From: a bacterium
GTDB lineage: Bacteria > Patescibacteriota > Minisyncoccia > Phycocordibacterales > JAGLPS01
Length of the DNA: 64,000 nt
Reading direction: 5' to 3'
Assembly: GCA_030690305.1 (NCBI GenBank)
Contig: JAUYHB010000006.1
Coordinates: forward strand, 5,668 to 69,667
Numbering within the stretch: position 1 is the first letter of the stretch; every line of letters begins with the position of its first letter. The notes under the pieces were generated by a model. That model did not search any database and was not told the origin of the DNA. It was given only the letters and a program-made list of their open reading frames with translations. This document shows, one piece after another, positions 9,801 to 18,384 of this stretch. The position numbers and the translations under genes were made by a program.

Positions 9801-10437
9801 TAGTTGGGTATTTGATGCTTGAGCGGTGATACTCGATCTCATTGAGCACGCGTCCGGGCACAAGCGACTCGATATCGCGCTTCGTCGCGAGGGCGAGCTC
9901 TTTGAGAGCCGTTTTACTCTTCTCGTCCTGGAGAGTTTTAACCTTGGCCTTAAATTCAGATTCCAAGTCCTTGAGTACCCGGGTTTTCTCCGTTTCAGAA
10001 ACGCTTGTGACGATATAGCCGGCGAAGTAAACAACCTTCTCAAGATCCGACACTGGAACACCCATGACAAGCGAGATGCGCGAAGGCACGTTTTTCAAAA
10101 ACCAGATGTGGGCGACGGGGCTCGCAAGCTCGATATGACCCATGCGCTCTCGGCGGACGATGGAGCGCGTGATTTCAACACCACACTTCTCACAGACAAT
10201 GCCCTTATACCGGATGCCTCGGTACTTGCCGCAATAACATTCGAAGTCCTTGTCCGGTCCGAAAATCTTTTCGTCGAAAAGGCCGTTGCGCTCGCTTCTT
10301 TGAGTGCGGTAATTGATAGTTTCCGGCTTGGTAACCTCGCCATAAGACCACTCCTTGATGCGTTCAGGTGAAGCGAGTTTAATTGAGATGGCATCGAACT
10401 GGTCAAGTGCCCCTGATTTCATTTTGTAATCATTCAT
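6778..10437 (-). CDS. rpoC: DNA-directed RNA polymerase subunit beta'
   Basis: NADFDGDQMAVHVP, zinc-binding CYCGKY..CEKCG, EPGTQLTMRTFH; likely start 10437 overlapping the rpoB stop. Confidence 0.97.
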   Translation of the reverse strand: MNDYKMKSGALDQFDAISIKLASPERIKEWSYGEVTKPETINYRTQRSERNGLFDEKIFGPDKDFECYCGKYRGIRYKGIVCEKCGVEITRSIVRRERMGHIELASPVAHIWFLKNVPSRISLVMGVPVSDLEKVVYFAGYIVTSVSETEKTRVLKDLESEFKAKVKTLQDEKSKTALKELALATKRDIESLVPGRVLNEIEYHRSSIKYPTIFEAGIGAEAIYNILKGIDLNKLLKELEAEVGNVPATEISRLNKRLSTIQWMINAGSRPEWMFLTRVPVIPPAIRPMVPLDGGRYATSDVNDLYRRVINRNNRLKKLKEIDAPDVILRNEKRILQEAVDALIDNTIRHSSVSGNQSQRRPLKSLSDNLKGKRGLFRQNLLGKRVDYSGRSVIVVGPELKLHQCGLPKHMALELFKPFIISELLKRELSYNIPGARRLIEDAIPEVWAILEEVIRGKYVLLNRAPTLHRLGIQAFQPVLIEGNAIQLHPLVCTAFNADFDGDQMAVHVPLSEEAQAEARLIMAADRNILKPGNGEPVVSAKLLDIVLGTYWMTRILPGEKGEGRYYANPNSAITAYEFGVVSLRAKISVMPTDTERYKVFGGKMFETTVGRLLFNGILPRDYPFLNHEMSRKKMSELVDDLIERYGIENIPPIMDRIKTFGFRYATHSGVTWGLEDVKIPRGKKAVIDKGRVAVNEVLVQYREGLLSEQERIAKSVEIWQGVKAEVEKLIPGTLGIRDSVYDMTYSEARGSLGNLNQMAGMKGIIASISGESLEFPILSCYKEGLTPLEYFITTHGSRKGLTDTALNTAKAGYLTRRLFDVAQDEIVTEEDCNTKGGTTIHKKTASGIEIPISKNIKGRFLASDLLDNEGKVFFKRGHLITKMDAETIDKASVESAHVRSPLACQSVHGLCVKCYGVDLGNNKTIELGEAVGTVAAQAIGEPGTQLTMRTFHAGGTASASGDITAGLPRVEEIFEKRKPKSPAVISHLDGIVTEIKVVGHDKLITVTPELGESKDGKKLDNEYTVPVSRTSLVRIGQSVKKGDVLTEGSADLDELFRYAGREKTEKYIIHEVSKLYELQGAAVSHKHIELIVRQMFSRRKIKDAGDSRFTRGDVIEVSEFIETNNQLKEKGLKEATSDAIVMGITEVSLSRASFLSAASFQHTPRVLIQAAIRGAEDNLVGLKENVIIGRLIPAGTGFKNGYKEKLICEAMSTQSKNG

Positions 10438-13400
10438 TGTTGTTTTGAGAATTATCCATCTTCTTCCCACCCTCTTTTGATGACTTCAAATCCACGTCAA
10501 GCGAGAGACCGCGCAAGTTGTTGAGAAGAACGTTGAAGGAGGCTGGCAGGTGCGGATCGGGAATCTTCTCACCTTTGACGATAGCGTCGAAAGCGGCCGA
10601 GCGACCGAGAATATCATCAGATTTTATCGTCAGCATTTCTCGCAAAGTGTAACCGGCGCCATGGCCAAGAAGCGCCCAAACTTCCATTTCTCCGAAACGC
10701 TGGCCTCCGCTTTGTGCTTTTCCTCCCAGAGGCTGCTGGGTAATAAGGGAGTACGGACCGATTGCGCGCATGTGGATTTTGTCTTCAACCATGTGATGAA
10801 GTTTCATAATGTACATAAAGCCCACGGCGATATCCTGACCGAATGTTTCTCCCGTGCGTCCGTCAAAAAGAGGCATTTTGCCGTTTTCTTTAAAGCCTGC
10901 GGTTTTCAATTCTTCCTTAATTTCTTCCGATGTGGCGCCTGCAAACGGAGGAACGATGGCTTGATAGTTGAGCGTATGCGCCGCAAGACCCAAATGCATT
11001 TCAAGGATCTGTCCAAGGTTCATACGGGAAGGCACACCAAGAGGAGTGAGAATAACGTCAATCGGAGTACCGTCGGCCATGTATGGCATATCTTCTTCGG
11101 GAAGAATTTTTGAAATAACGCCTTTATTTCCGTGTCGGCCGGCAAGCTTGTCACCGACTGACACGTTTCTCAACTGTGCGACTTCAATGTGAATTCTTTT
11201 TATGATTCCCGATTCAAGCTTGTCTCCTTTTTCGCGGGAGAACACTTGCACTTTGATAATGCGGCCGCGCTTCCCTCCTTCCACTCTCATTGAGGTATCT
11301 TTAACATCGCGCGCCTTTTCACCAAACAGGGACCGTAGGAGTCTTTCTTCGGGAGTAAGCTGGGTTTCGCCTTTTGGCGTAATCTTTCCCACCAATATGT
11401 CACCGGGATGGACTTCCGCTCCAACGCGGATAATGCCGTCCTCGGCAAGGTTTTTAAGTTTTGATTCACCGACGTTGGGGATATCGCATGTCGTTACTTC
11501 GGGACCGAGTTTCGTATCGCGAACGTTAACGACAAATTCTTCTATATGAATGCTTGAAAATTTACTGTTGCGGACAAGTCGTTCGGAAATAATAATGGCA
11601 TCTTCGTAGTTTGCCCCTGACCAGGACATGAAAGCGACAAGTACATTCTGGCCGAGTGCCAATTGTCCGCGGTCGGACGTCGATGTGTCCGCCAAAATAT
11701 CACCCTTTTTCACCTTATCTCCCAAATTAACGTTTGGTCGCTGGTGGAATGCGGTAAAACCGTTTGTTCGGGCGAAGTTGATGAGTGTGTATTCGGTTTC
11801 TTTTCCTTTGCTGTTTTTTACGGAAATTTTTCTTCCGCCTACATGAGTTACGGTTCCGTCTTCCTTGGCGATAATCACGCGGCCAGTATCAAGAACAGCT
11901 TTTCCTTCAACTCCAGTGGCAACAAGCGGAGCCTCCGGAACGATACAAGGCGTTGCTTGCTTCTGCATGTTTGAACCCATGAGAGAACGGTTTGCGTCGT
12001 CGTGTTCAAGAAAAGGAATACAGGATGTCGCCACGGAAAACGCTTGGTTTGTCGCGACGTCAATAAATGCCACCTTATCTTTTGAGGCAAGGTCAGGCTG
12101 ACCGTTGAGGCGCACTTCAATTTGGTCTTCAGTAAGATTACCGTTCTCGTCGTGTTTTGCCGCGGCATGGGCAATCGGATATTGTTCTTCCTCCAAAGCG
12201 TTAAGATAAACGATTTCTCCGGTAATTTTCCCGTCTTTAACTCTCACATACGGAGTTTCAATCATTCCGAATTCGTTCAAGCGTGCGTACATTGAGAGAC
12301 GCAAAATAAGACCGATGTTCGGACCTTCAGGGGTATGAATCGGACACAAGCGGCCATAGTGGGACGGATGAACGTCGCGCACCTCAAAGCCGGCGCGGGC
12401 ACGGGACAGTCCTCCGGGGCCCAGGGCCGAAAGCGTGCGAAGATGTTCGATTTCGGTAAGCGCGTTTTCCTGTTGCATGAATTGCGACAGCTGGTTCGTA
12501 GTGAAAAATTCTTTGATGCGCGCCTGCAAAGGTTTGGGACTGATGAATTGTATCGGCAACGTTACATCGGTTTCAATCGTCGACATTCTGTTTTGAATGT
12601 TTCGCTTTATCTGCGACATACCGACGCGGATTTTTTGCTGTAACAATTCTCCGACGTATCGGACACGGCGGGAACCGAGGTGGTCAATATCGTCTTCCGT
12701 CGCCTCGGGAGTGTTGTTGAGGGTAATGATTTGCCTGAGAATAGTCGTGATATCGTCGAGAGAAACCGTACGTCTGTTGAGTTGCTTTTCTTCAAGGCCT
12801 TTATTAAAACGCTGGTTGAAACGGAAGCGTCCGACGCGGGAAAGGTCGTAGCGCTCGTCGTTGAATATCGAATCAATGAATTCCTTGGCATTTTCGGCAG
12901 TGGCCAGGTCTCCGTCACGCAAACGCTTGTGCATTTCAATATAGGCGTCGTTTGCCGTCTTTGCGTGGTCTTTGGCGAGAGTTTTTTCAAGCACTTCTCT
13001 TTGCTCGTCGTTTTCGGCAAGAGCAAGAATATCTTTATCCGTAGCGGCACCCAATATACGCAAGAACGAGGTGGCCGGAAATTTTCTTTTTCTGTCGATG
13101 CGGATGTGCAAGACGCCGTCGGCATCGGATTCGATTTCAATCCACGCTCCACGGGAAGGGATGACTTTTGCACCAAATAATTTTCGTCCGCGAAGTTCTG
13201 CAGCGGTGAAAAAGACACCGAAAGAACGCGCGAGCTGGGGAACAATAACGCGTTCAATACCTGTGATGACAAACGTCCCGTGAGAAGTCATCAACGGAAA
13301 ATCCGCCATAAAAATTTCCTGCTCGCGGGTAGAACCGAGGATTTTGTTCGTGAGTTTTACTCTCGCCTTGAGGGGGGCTTCATAGGAGAGTTTCTGGTCT

Positions 13401-13684
13401 TTTGCATAATATTCGTCATATTTCGGAGCTCCGAGCTCAAATCCGGTAAAATCAAGCTGGAATTTCTTTTCGGAATAGTCCCGGATGGACGAAAACTCTT
13501 TAAAAACCTCTTTGAGGCCTTCTTTGACAAGCCAGTCAAACGACTGAACTTGCGACTCCACCAAATTGGGTGCTTCCGCAAGCGGAGCACTGAAACGGCT
13601 GAAGTATTTTTTCTTTTTTCCGGCGCCGGTAACGGCACTGGAAGAAGAAAGAAGCGGTACACGCGTGTTTTCTTGCATAGACAT
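10430..13684 (-). CDS. rpoB: DNA-directed RNA polymerase subunit beta
   Basis: GDKLAGRHGNKG, RFGEMEVWAL, HPSHYGRLCP. Confidence 0.97.
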   Translation of the reverse strand: MSMQENTRVPLLSSSSAVTGAGKKKKYFSRFSAPLAEAPNLVESQVQSFDWLVKEGLKEVFKEFSSIRDYSEKKFQLDFTGFELGAPKYDEYYAKDQKLSYEAPLKARVKLTNKILGSTREQEIFMADFPLMTSHGTFVITGIERVIVPQLARSFGVFFTAAELRGRKLFGAKVIPSRGAWIEIESDADGVLHIRIDRKRKFPATSFLRILGAATDKDILALAENDEQREVLEKTLAKDHAKTANDAYIEMHKRLRDGDLATAENAKEFIDSIFNDERYDLSRVGRFRFNQRFNKGLEEKQLNRRTVSLDDITTILRQIITLNNTPEATEDDIDHLGSRRVRYVGELLQQKIRVGMSQIKRNIQNRMSTIETDVTLPIQFISPKPLQARIKEFFTTNQLSQFMQQENALTEIEHLRTLSALGPGGLSRARAGFEVRDVHPSHYGRLCPIHTPEGPNIGLILRLSMYARLNEFGMIETPYVRVKDGKITGEIVYLNALEEEQYPIAHAAAKHDENGNLTEDQIEVRLNGQPDLASKDKVAFIDVATNQAFSVATSCIPFLEHDDANRSLMGSNMQKQATPCIVPEAPLVATGVEGKAVLDTGRVIIAKEDGTVTHVGGRKISVKNSKGKETEYTLINFARTNGFTAFHQRPNVNLGDKVKKGDILADTSTSDRGQLALGQNVLVAFMSWSGANYEDAIIISERLVRNSKFSSIHIEEFVVNVRDTKLGPEVTTCDIPNVGESKLKNLAEDGIIRVGAEVHPGDILVGKITPKGETQLTPEERLLRSLFGEKARDVKDTSMRVEGGKRGRIIKVQVFSREKGDKLESGIIKRIHIEVAQLRNVSVGDKLAGRHGNKGVISKILPEEDMPYMADGTPIDVILTPLGVPSRMNLGQILEMHLGLAAHTLNYQAIVPPFAGATSEEIKEELKTAGFKENGKMPLFDGRTGETFGQDIAVGFMYIMKLHHMVEDKIHMRAIGPYSLITQQPLGGKAQSGGQRFGEMEVWALLGHGAGYTLREMLTIKSDDILGRSAAFDAIVKGEKIPDPHLPASFNVLLNNLRGLSLDVDLKSSKEGGKKMDNSQNNNE

Positions 13685-13960
13685 TAATAAGTGACCTTAC
13701 CAATTATTAAAATGCGAACAAAACCTCTCTCCCAAAAACAAAAAATGGCCTTTCTGTAAAGAAAGGTCTTATGTTTTTTGTTTATTTATGAATATAGATG
13801 AGGCAAGATTATTTTCTCCCGAAAACCCTCTCCCGCGAGTCGACGGCGCGAAAAGAAGCATCTCAAAGAAAAAACTAAGTTTCTAAGCCACTCTCTTTAG
13901 CCACAACCCAATCTTGCGAGTGTCAAGGGTAGAGTATATAGGAATATAAAAAAGAGTCAA
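13685..13960 (-). promoter_or_regulatory. rpoB promoter and long structured 5' leader
   Basis: TTGACT-N16-TATACT on minus strand (13960-13933); GCAAGATT...AATCTTGC closing stem; later hairpin CCTTTC-TTTACA-GAAAGG followed by a U-tract. Confidence 0.55.
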
Positions 13961-13982
13961 GGAAGTTATGAACAGGTATCTG

Positions 13983-14171
13983 TTAGTCTCTTAAGAGGCA
14001 TCTTAGACACAGTCTTTGGTACTTCCTTGTTTTGATATATTTGTTCCCGCATTCGCACACCAAAATAGCCGTAGTCGAGGGTTTTTCCACCCAATGTCCG
14101 TCCACTTGGTACGTTTTTTTGCTCCTCTGGAGCAATTTTTTTGAATTACTTCTTAAAATTTCTTTTTTCAT
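13983..14171 (-). CDS. Small basic Cys-rich (CxC...CxxC) putative zinc-binding protein, 62 aa
   Basis: MKKEIL...VCECGNKYIKTR...CLRC; ATG lies in the 3' end of the helicase gene, preceded by GAAGGA. Confidence 0.65.
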   Translation of the reverse strand: MKKEILRSNSKKLLQRSKKTYQVDGHWVEKPSTTAILVCECGNKYIKTRKYQRLCLRCLLRD

Positions 14172-15399
14172 GATTTCCTTCAACAAAAGTAAGGGCTTTG
14201 CCACGCTTGCCCGCTCTGCCTGTTCTGCCGATACGATGAACGTAATCGTCGTACGTTGCGGGCACATCAAAATTAATGACATGACTTACGCCTTCAATAT
14301 CGATTCCTCTGGCCGCAACGTCGGTTGCGACAAGCACTTGCACATGGTCACGTTTGAATAAATCGAGCGCTTTTTGGCGTCTTGTTTGATTTTTATTTCC
14401 GTGAATTGATTCTGCTTTGAATCCCCTTTCGACAAGAGTCTTGGCAAGTTTTTCAACACCGTGTTTTGTTTTCCCAAATACGAGCACCTTGTTGAATCCT
14501 TTTTGAACCAAAAGTTCCTGGAGAATTTCAATCTTGTTTCTTCCGCCGATGCTTACAATGTCCTGCTCGACGCTTTCGGGTGTTTCTTTTGTTTTTACGG
14601 AAATAGTTACGGGCTCTTTGAGAAATTCCTTGATAAGTTTCTTGATTTCTTCCGAAATAGTTGCCGAAAAGAAAAGCGTGTGACGAGTTGCGGGCATCCG
14701 GGAGAGCATATATCTCATGTCATTGATAAAGCCCATATCGAGCATTCGGTCAGCCTCGTCGAGAACAACGGTATCAAACAGCGCAAGTTTGATATTTCCT
14801 CTTTCTACAAGGTCTTTGAGACGTCCGGGCGTTCCAATGACGAAATTATTTTTGAGCCGAAGCTGACCCATTTGACGGCCGATGTTTGAGCCTCCGATGC
14901 ATGATACGGAGTAAATACCCAAACCTCTGGCAAAGTCCTTGAACTCCTGTTCTATCTGGAGAGCAAGTTCGCGTGTAGGAACAATGACAAGTACGTTCTC
15001 TTTCGGATTAAGAGATATTTTGTTGATAAGCGGGATGAGAAAAGCGGCGGTTTTGCCCGTTCCGGTGTTTGCAATACCGACAACATCTTCCCTTCTTAGG
15101 ATATGCGGGATAATTCTGTCTTGAATAGGAGTAGGTAGAACGTATCCTTTGGCGATAATATTTCCTTTTAGTTTTTCTCCCACAGCAAAATCCGCGAATT
15201 TGTGTTCGGGTACAAAATGAGGCGCGTCTTCGGTAATAACCGCTTTATTGATAAAACGCGAGATGTCTATGTTCTGTCCGTGTGACGCAAAACCTCCGCG
15301 TCGGGGACCTCGAGAGGCTCCTCTGAAACGGGGTCTGAAGGCACTTCGTCCACCAAAAGACTTTCTAGGGAAATTTCCTTTATACATATTTCGTATCAT
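14146..15399 (-). CDS. DEAD-box ATP-dependent RNA helicase
   Basis: ANTGTGKT, PTRELA, DEAD, SAT, HRIGRTGRAG; RG-rich N-terminus. Confidence 0.95.
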   Translation of the reverse strand: MIRNMYKGNFPRKSFGGRSAFRPRFRGASRGPRRGGFASHGQNIDISRFINKAVITEDAPHFVPEHKFADFAVGEKLKGNIIAKGYVLPTPIQDRIIPHILRREDVVGIANTGTGKTAAFLIPLINKISLNPKENVLVIVPTRELALQIEQEFKDFARGLGIYSVSCIGGSNIGRQMGQLRLKNNFVIGTPGRLKDLVERGNIKLALFDTVVLDEADRMLDMGFINDMRYMLSRMPATRHTLFFSATISEEIKKLIKEFLKEPVTISVKTKETPESVEQDIVSIGGRNKIEILQELLVQKGFNKVLVFGKTKHGVEKLAKTLVERGFKAESIHGNKNQTRRQKALDLFKRDHVQVLVATDVAARGIDIEGVSHVINFDVPATYDDYVHRIGRTGRAGKRGKALTFVEGNHEKRNFKK

Positions 15400-15541
15400 T
15401 GCTCCCGCTGTCAGTATTTCAAAAGGAAATTCCTCCTAAAACAAAAAACTAGTGAGAATAGTGACAGTCAGTATTCTATATAAAAAAACACATTTTGTCA
15501 AATCACGAGCGGAGATGTTATGGAACAGACATTTCCGATAC

Positions 15542-15614
15542 TGGACACTGAAAATCTGGTCCTGTATAGTCCCCTACAGAAGCACGTTCCAAAAACATAA
15601 CAAAGGAGGTGAAT
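15542..15614 (+). promoter_or_regulatory. Cassette promoter plus strong SD for the orphan kinase-like gene
   Basis: TGGACA-N17-TATAGT (15542-15570); AAAGGAGGT at 15602-15610. Confidence 0.7.
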
Positions 15615-16160
15615 ATGCGTTTTGCGTATGGCTGGAGCCGATGGGTGTTTCTTGTCGGCAATGTTGCAATAAAAATACCGCGTTTAAGACCGCTTCATTG
15701 GATTTCCCGTTTCTTTTTCTGGAAATCTCAGGGAAAATTCACAGAACGGTTTGAGACGCACTTCAAGTGTAATCCCGTTGTAGGAGTATGGAGATACCTG
15801 TGCAACGGTATCATCGCAAACATTGTTGAGCACAGGATTTATCAAAAGCATCCTGACTTACCCATCGCCCCCACGCTCTTTTCTTTTCTCGGTCTTGTAA
15901 ATATTCAAGTCCGGGGAAAACCGCTAGCGGAAAGTTCTCTTCCCAATTGTCCGTTCAGAACCATCGCAAAATTGCATCCCCAATTTGTTGACTTGGCGGA
16001 TATAAGAAATTTTGCGGAGATAAACGGTAAAATTGTCCTTGTAGACTGCGGACCCCAGCACGGATTTCCAACTTTTGAGCAGATACTCCTGACATATAAG
16101 GAACAGGCGCCCGTTTTGTTTTTATCCGGGATAGAACTCCAAAAAAGCCCGCTGTTTTAA
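15615..16160 (+). CDS. Orphan protein with minimal protein-kinase-like motifs
   Basis: VAIKIP (VAIK-like), N..E helix, DL..RNF, LVDCG (DFG-like). Confidence 0.55.
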   Translation: MRFAYGWSRWVFLVGNVAIKIPRLRPLHWISRFFFWKSQGKFTERFETHFKCNPVVGVWRYLCNGIIANIVEHRIYQKHPDLPIAPTLFSFLGLVNIQVRGKPLAESSLPNCPFRTIAKLHPQFVDLADIRNFAEINGKIVLVDCGPQHGFPTFEQILLTYKEQAPVLFLSGIELQKSPLF

Positions 16161-16176
16161 ACAACGGGCTTTTTTT
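16141..16176. terminator. Bidirectional intrinsic terminator
   Basis: AAAAAAGCCCG...CGGGCTTTTTTT between convergent genes. Confidence 0.85.
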
Positions 16177-16189
16177 GTGCGTAATTCGG

Positions 16190-16960
16190 CTATCTGATGT
16201 TACCGATAGAGTTTTTTGCCGTATCGTGCTTTGTTTTCAAAACATTACTTATCGTCTGAAACTTTCCGGCCTGTACCTGAATGGAATTTTCCGCGGTTAC
16301 TTCAATACTTTCTTGCAAGTCGGCTTCGATTGATAACTCAGTGAGTTCCTCGGGAACATAGAAAAAGACGCGATACCAGGGGAATTTCACTTTCACTTTC
16401 GCATCGCTTGAAACGGACACGTTGGTTTTGATTGTTGTGGCAAAAATTCCCAAGAATTTTACAGGTTGTCTGTACTCAACTTCTATGTTGTCTTCGCTTA
16501 CAGTTGCAGATTCCATATTTTCATCCTGAAGAAGCACTCCGCGGGCAAAGTTTTCAAGGTCTTGGCCCGAAGTCAGTTCCACCCTTTCCTTGAGCTGTAA
16601 AAGAAATTCCTCTTTTTGCTTGGGGTCCCATCCTCGGACTTCTATGGCTCGCACACCGACTGATACTGACGTGGTGGATTGATTTGATGAACGCGACGCA
16701 AAATCAATGTCACTTTCATTGTTTTGAAATACCGAGTCGTCGTTTGATTTTTCGGATTCCGTTTCTGTTTCGTTTTCAAACTCCGATTTGCTGGAGACGG
16801 AGGTATTGGCGGATGCTCCGGCACCTGCTCCCGTGTTTGAGGTTTTGACTTGGACCGAACCTGTGCTTGAAACATCAAGCGTCTCCGCTTCCTTTGCCCC
16901 GACGGCACCGGTAAAAGCGACCAGAGATACGATTCCCAAAAATGCGACTAAGTTTTTCAT
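16190..16960 (-). CDS. Secreted protein with embedded VgrG-like and T3SS needle-like peptide motifs
   Basis: Signal peptide, Ser/Thr/Glu-rich linker, motifs VFQNNESDIDFASR, IEVRGWDPKQKE, VKVKFPW, TISNVLKTKHDTAKNSIGNIR. Confidence 0.7.
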   Translation of the reverse strand: MKNLVAFLGIVSLVAFTGAVGAKEAETLDVSSTGSVQVKTSNTGAGAGASANTSVSSKSEFENETETESEKSNDDSVFQNNESDIDFASRSSNQSTTSVSVGVRAIEVRGWDPKQKEEFLLQLKERVELTSGQDLENFARGVLLQDENMESATVSEDNIEVEYRQPVKFLGIFATTIKTNVSVSSDAKVKVKFPWYRVFFYVPEELTELSIEADLQESIEVTAENSIQVQAGKFQTISNVLKTKHDTAKNSIGNIR

Positions 16961-16983
16961 ATTGTCCTTATATTATTTTTAAA

Positions 16984-17139
16984 TTAATTTCTTTTAAAAT
17001 CCCCCCAAAGAAAAACAGAACCGATCGCGACCCAGAAAGCGACCATGAGCCAGTTTTGGGTCTGGACTGCTTGCACGGCTGCTACTCCGAAAAACAGAAC
17101 GAAGATGGTGAAGTTGGTTCCTAATTTTAAGTTTTTCAT
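16984..17139 (-). CDS. Small two-helix membrane protein, 51 aa (absent from ORF track)
   Basis: MKNLKLGTNFTIFVLFFGVAAVQAVQTQNWLMVAFWVAIGSVFLWGDFKRN; translated by hand, co-oriented just upstream of 16190..16960. Confidence 0.7.
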   Translation of the reverse strand: MKNLKLGTNFTIFVLFFGVAAVQAVQTQNWLMVAFWVAIGSVFLWGDFKRN

Positions 17140-17239
17140 ATCTTTTTATTTTAACATTTCTAAACAATGATGAGTACGACGAATCGTCTACGGATATTTG
17201 CCCAAAATTGTTTTCCCTAGCATACTGTTTCCAACTGCT

Positions 17240-18376
17240 ATGTTTGAATTCAAAATTCTTAAACGTTCCAAGAAGTCCCGCGCACGGCTCGGCGTCATCA
17301 AAACCCCTCACGGAGAAATAGAAACTCCGGCTTTTATTCCCGTGGCAACGCGCGCGACAGTGCGCACTCTTTCAAGCGACGAAGTGGAAGCGGTGCAATC
17401 CCCCGCTCTCATTTGCAATACATACCACCTCCACACAACTCCAGGAGAAAAAATCGTCAAAAAAGCGGGCGGACTGCATAAGTTCATGAATTGGAACAAA
17501 CCTTTAATGACGGATTCGGGAGGTTTCCAGGTATTTAGCCTTGGTTTCGGTTCCGACCACGGAATGGGGAAAATACTCAAGAACAAGCAAGATAAAACCC
17601 TTGCGGAAGGAACTCAGCCTCAGAAAGTGAAAATTACCGAGGACGGCGTGCACTTTCAATCATTTGTCGACGGAAGCTGGCTTTTCTTGGGACCTAAAGA
17701 ATCCGTAAAAATCCAGGAAGCGCTTGGCGCGGACATTATGTTCGCGTTCGACGAATGCCCTTCCCCGCTCGCAGACGAAAAATATATGCTCGAGTCGCTT
17801 GAAAAAACACATCGATGGGCACGAGTCTGCCTTGATGCGCGAACTTCCAAACAGGCACTGTACGGCATTGTGCAAGGCGGGGCGTTCAAGCACTTGCGCA
17901 CCAAAAGCGCGCGTCTTATCGGCGCTCTGCCATTCGAGGGTTTCGGCATCGGAGGCGAGTTCGGCTATAACAAGCAATCACTGAAGCGAATGATAAGCCA
18001 GGTTACTGACGAGCTTCCCGAGAACAAACCCAAACACGTCCTCGGCGTTGGACATCCCGAAGATTTTGAAATTGTGGCACTTGCGGGAGGAGACACGTTT
18101 GATTGCATTGCGCCCACTCACTACGCCCGCCGCGGTACGGTGTTTACATCTCAAGGAAAGCTGAATTTGAATAAAAAAACTCTCGCATTGCTCGACAAAC
18201 CCCTTGACCCGAAATGCAAATGCGATGTCTGTGTTTCTTACTCGCGCGGTTATATTTCACACCTTATTCGCTCACAGGAAATAACCGGCATGAAACTCGC
18301 CTCATACCATAACCTTTATTTCTTCAACAACCTCGCAAAAGAAGTCCGAAGACGTATCAAGAATGACGAATTGTAG
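17240..18376 (+). CDS. tgt: tRNA-guanine transglycosylase
   Basis: TPAFIPVAT, NTYHL, TDSGGFQVFSL, GIVQGG, CKCDVC zinc site, HNL. Confidence 0.95.
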   Translation: MFEFKILKRSKKSRARLGVIKTPHGEIETPAFIPVATRATVRTLSSDEVEAVQSPALICNTYHLHTTPGEKIVKKAGGLHKFMNWNKPLMTDSGGFQVFSLGFGSDHGMGKILKNKQDKTLAEGTQPQKVKITEDGVHFQSFVDGSWLFLGPKESVKIQEALGADIMFAFDECPSPLADEKYMLESLEKTHRWARVCLDARTSKQALYGIVQGGAFKHLRTKSARLIGALPFEGFGIGGEFGYNKQSLKRMISQVTDELPENKPKHVLGVGHPEDFEIVALAGGDTFDCIAPTHYARRGTVFTSQGKLNLNKKTLALLDKPLDPKCKCDVCVSYSRGYISHLIRSQEITGMKLASYHNLYFFNNLAKEVRRRIKNDEL

Positions 18377-18384
18377 AACAAGAG

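Noticed and set aside
5271-13687. Many long antisense ORFs within dnaG, rpoC and rpoB
   Set aside because: They are shadows of strongly conserved genes and show no motifs or expression signals.
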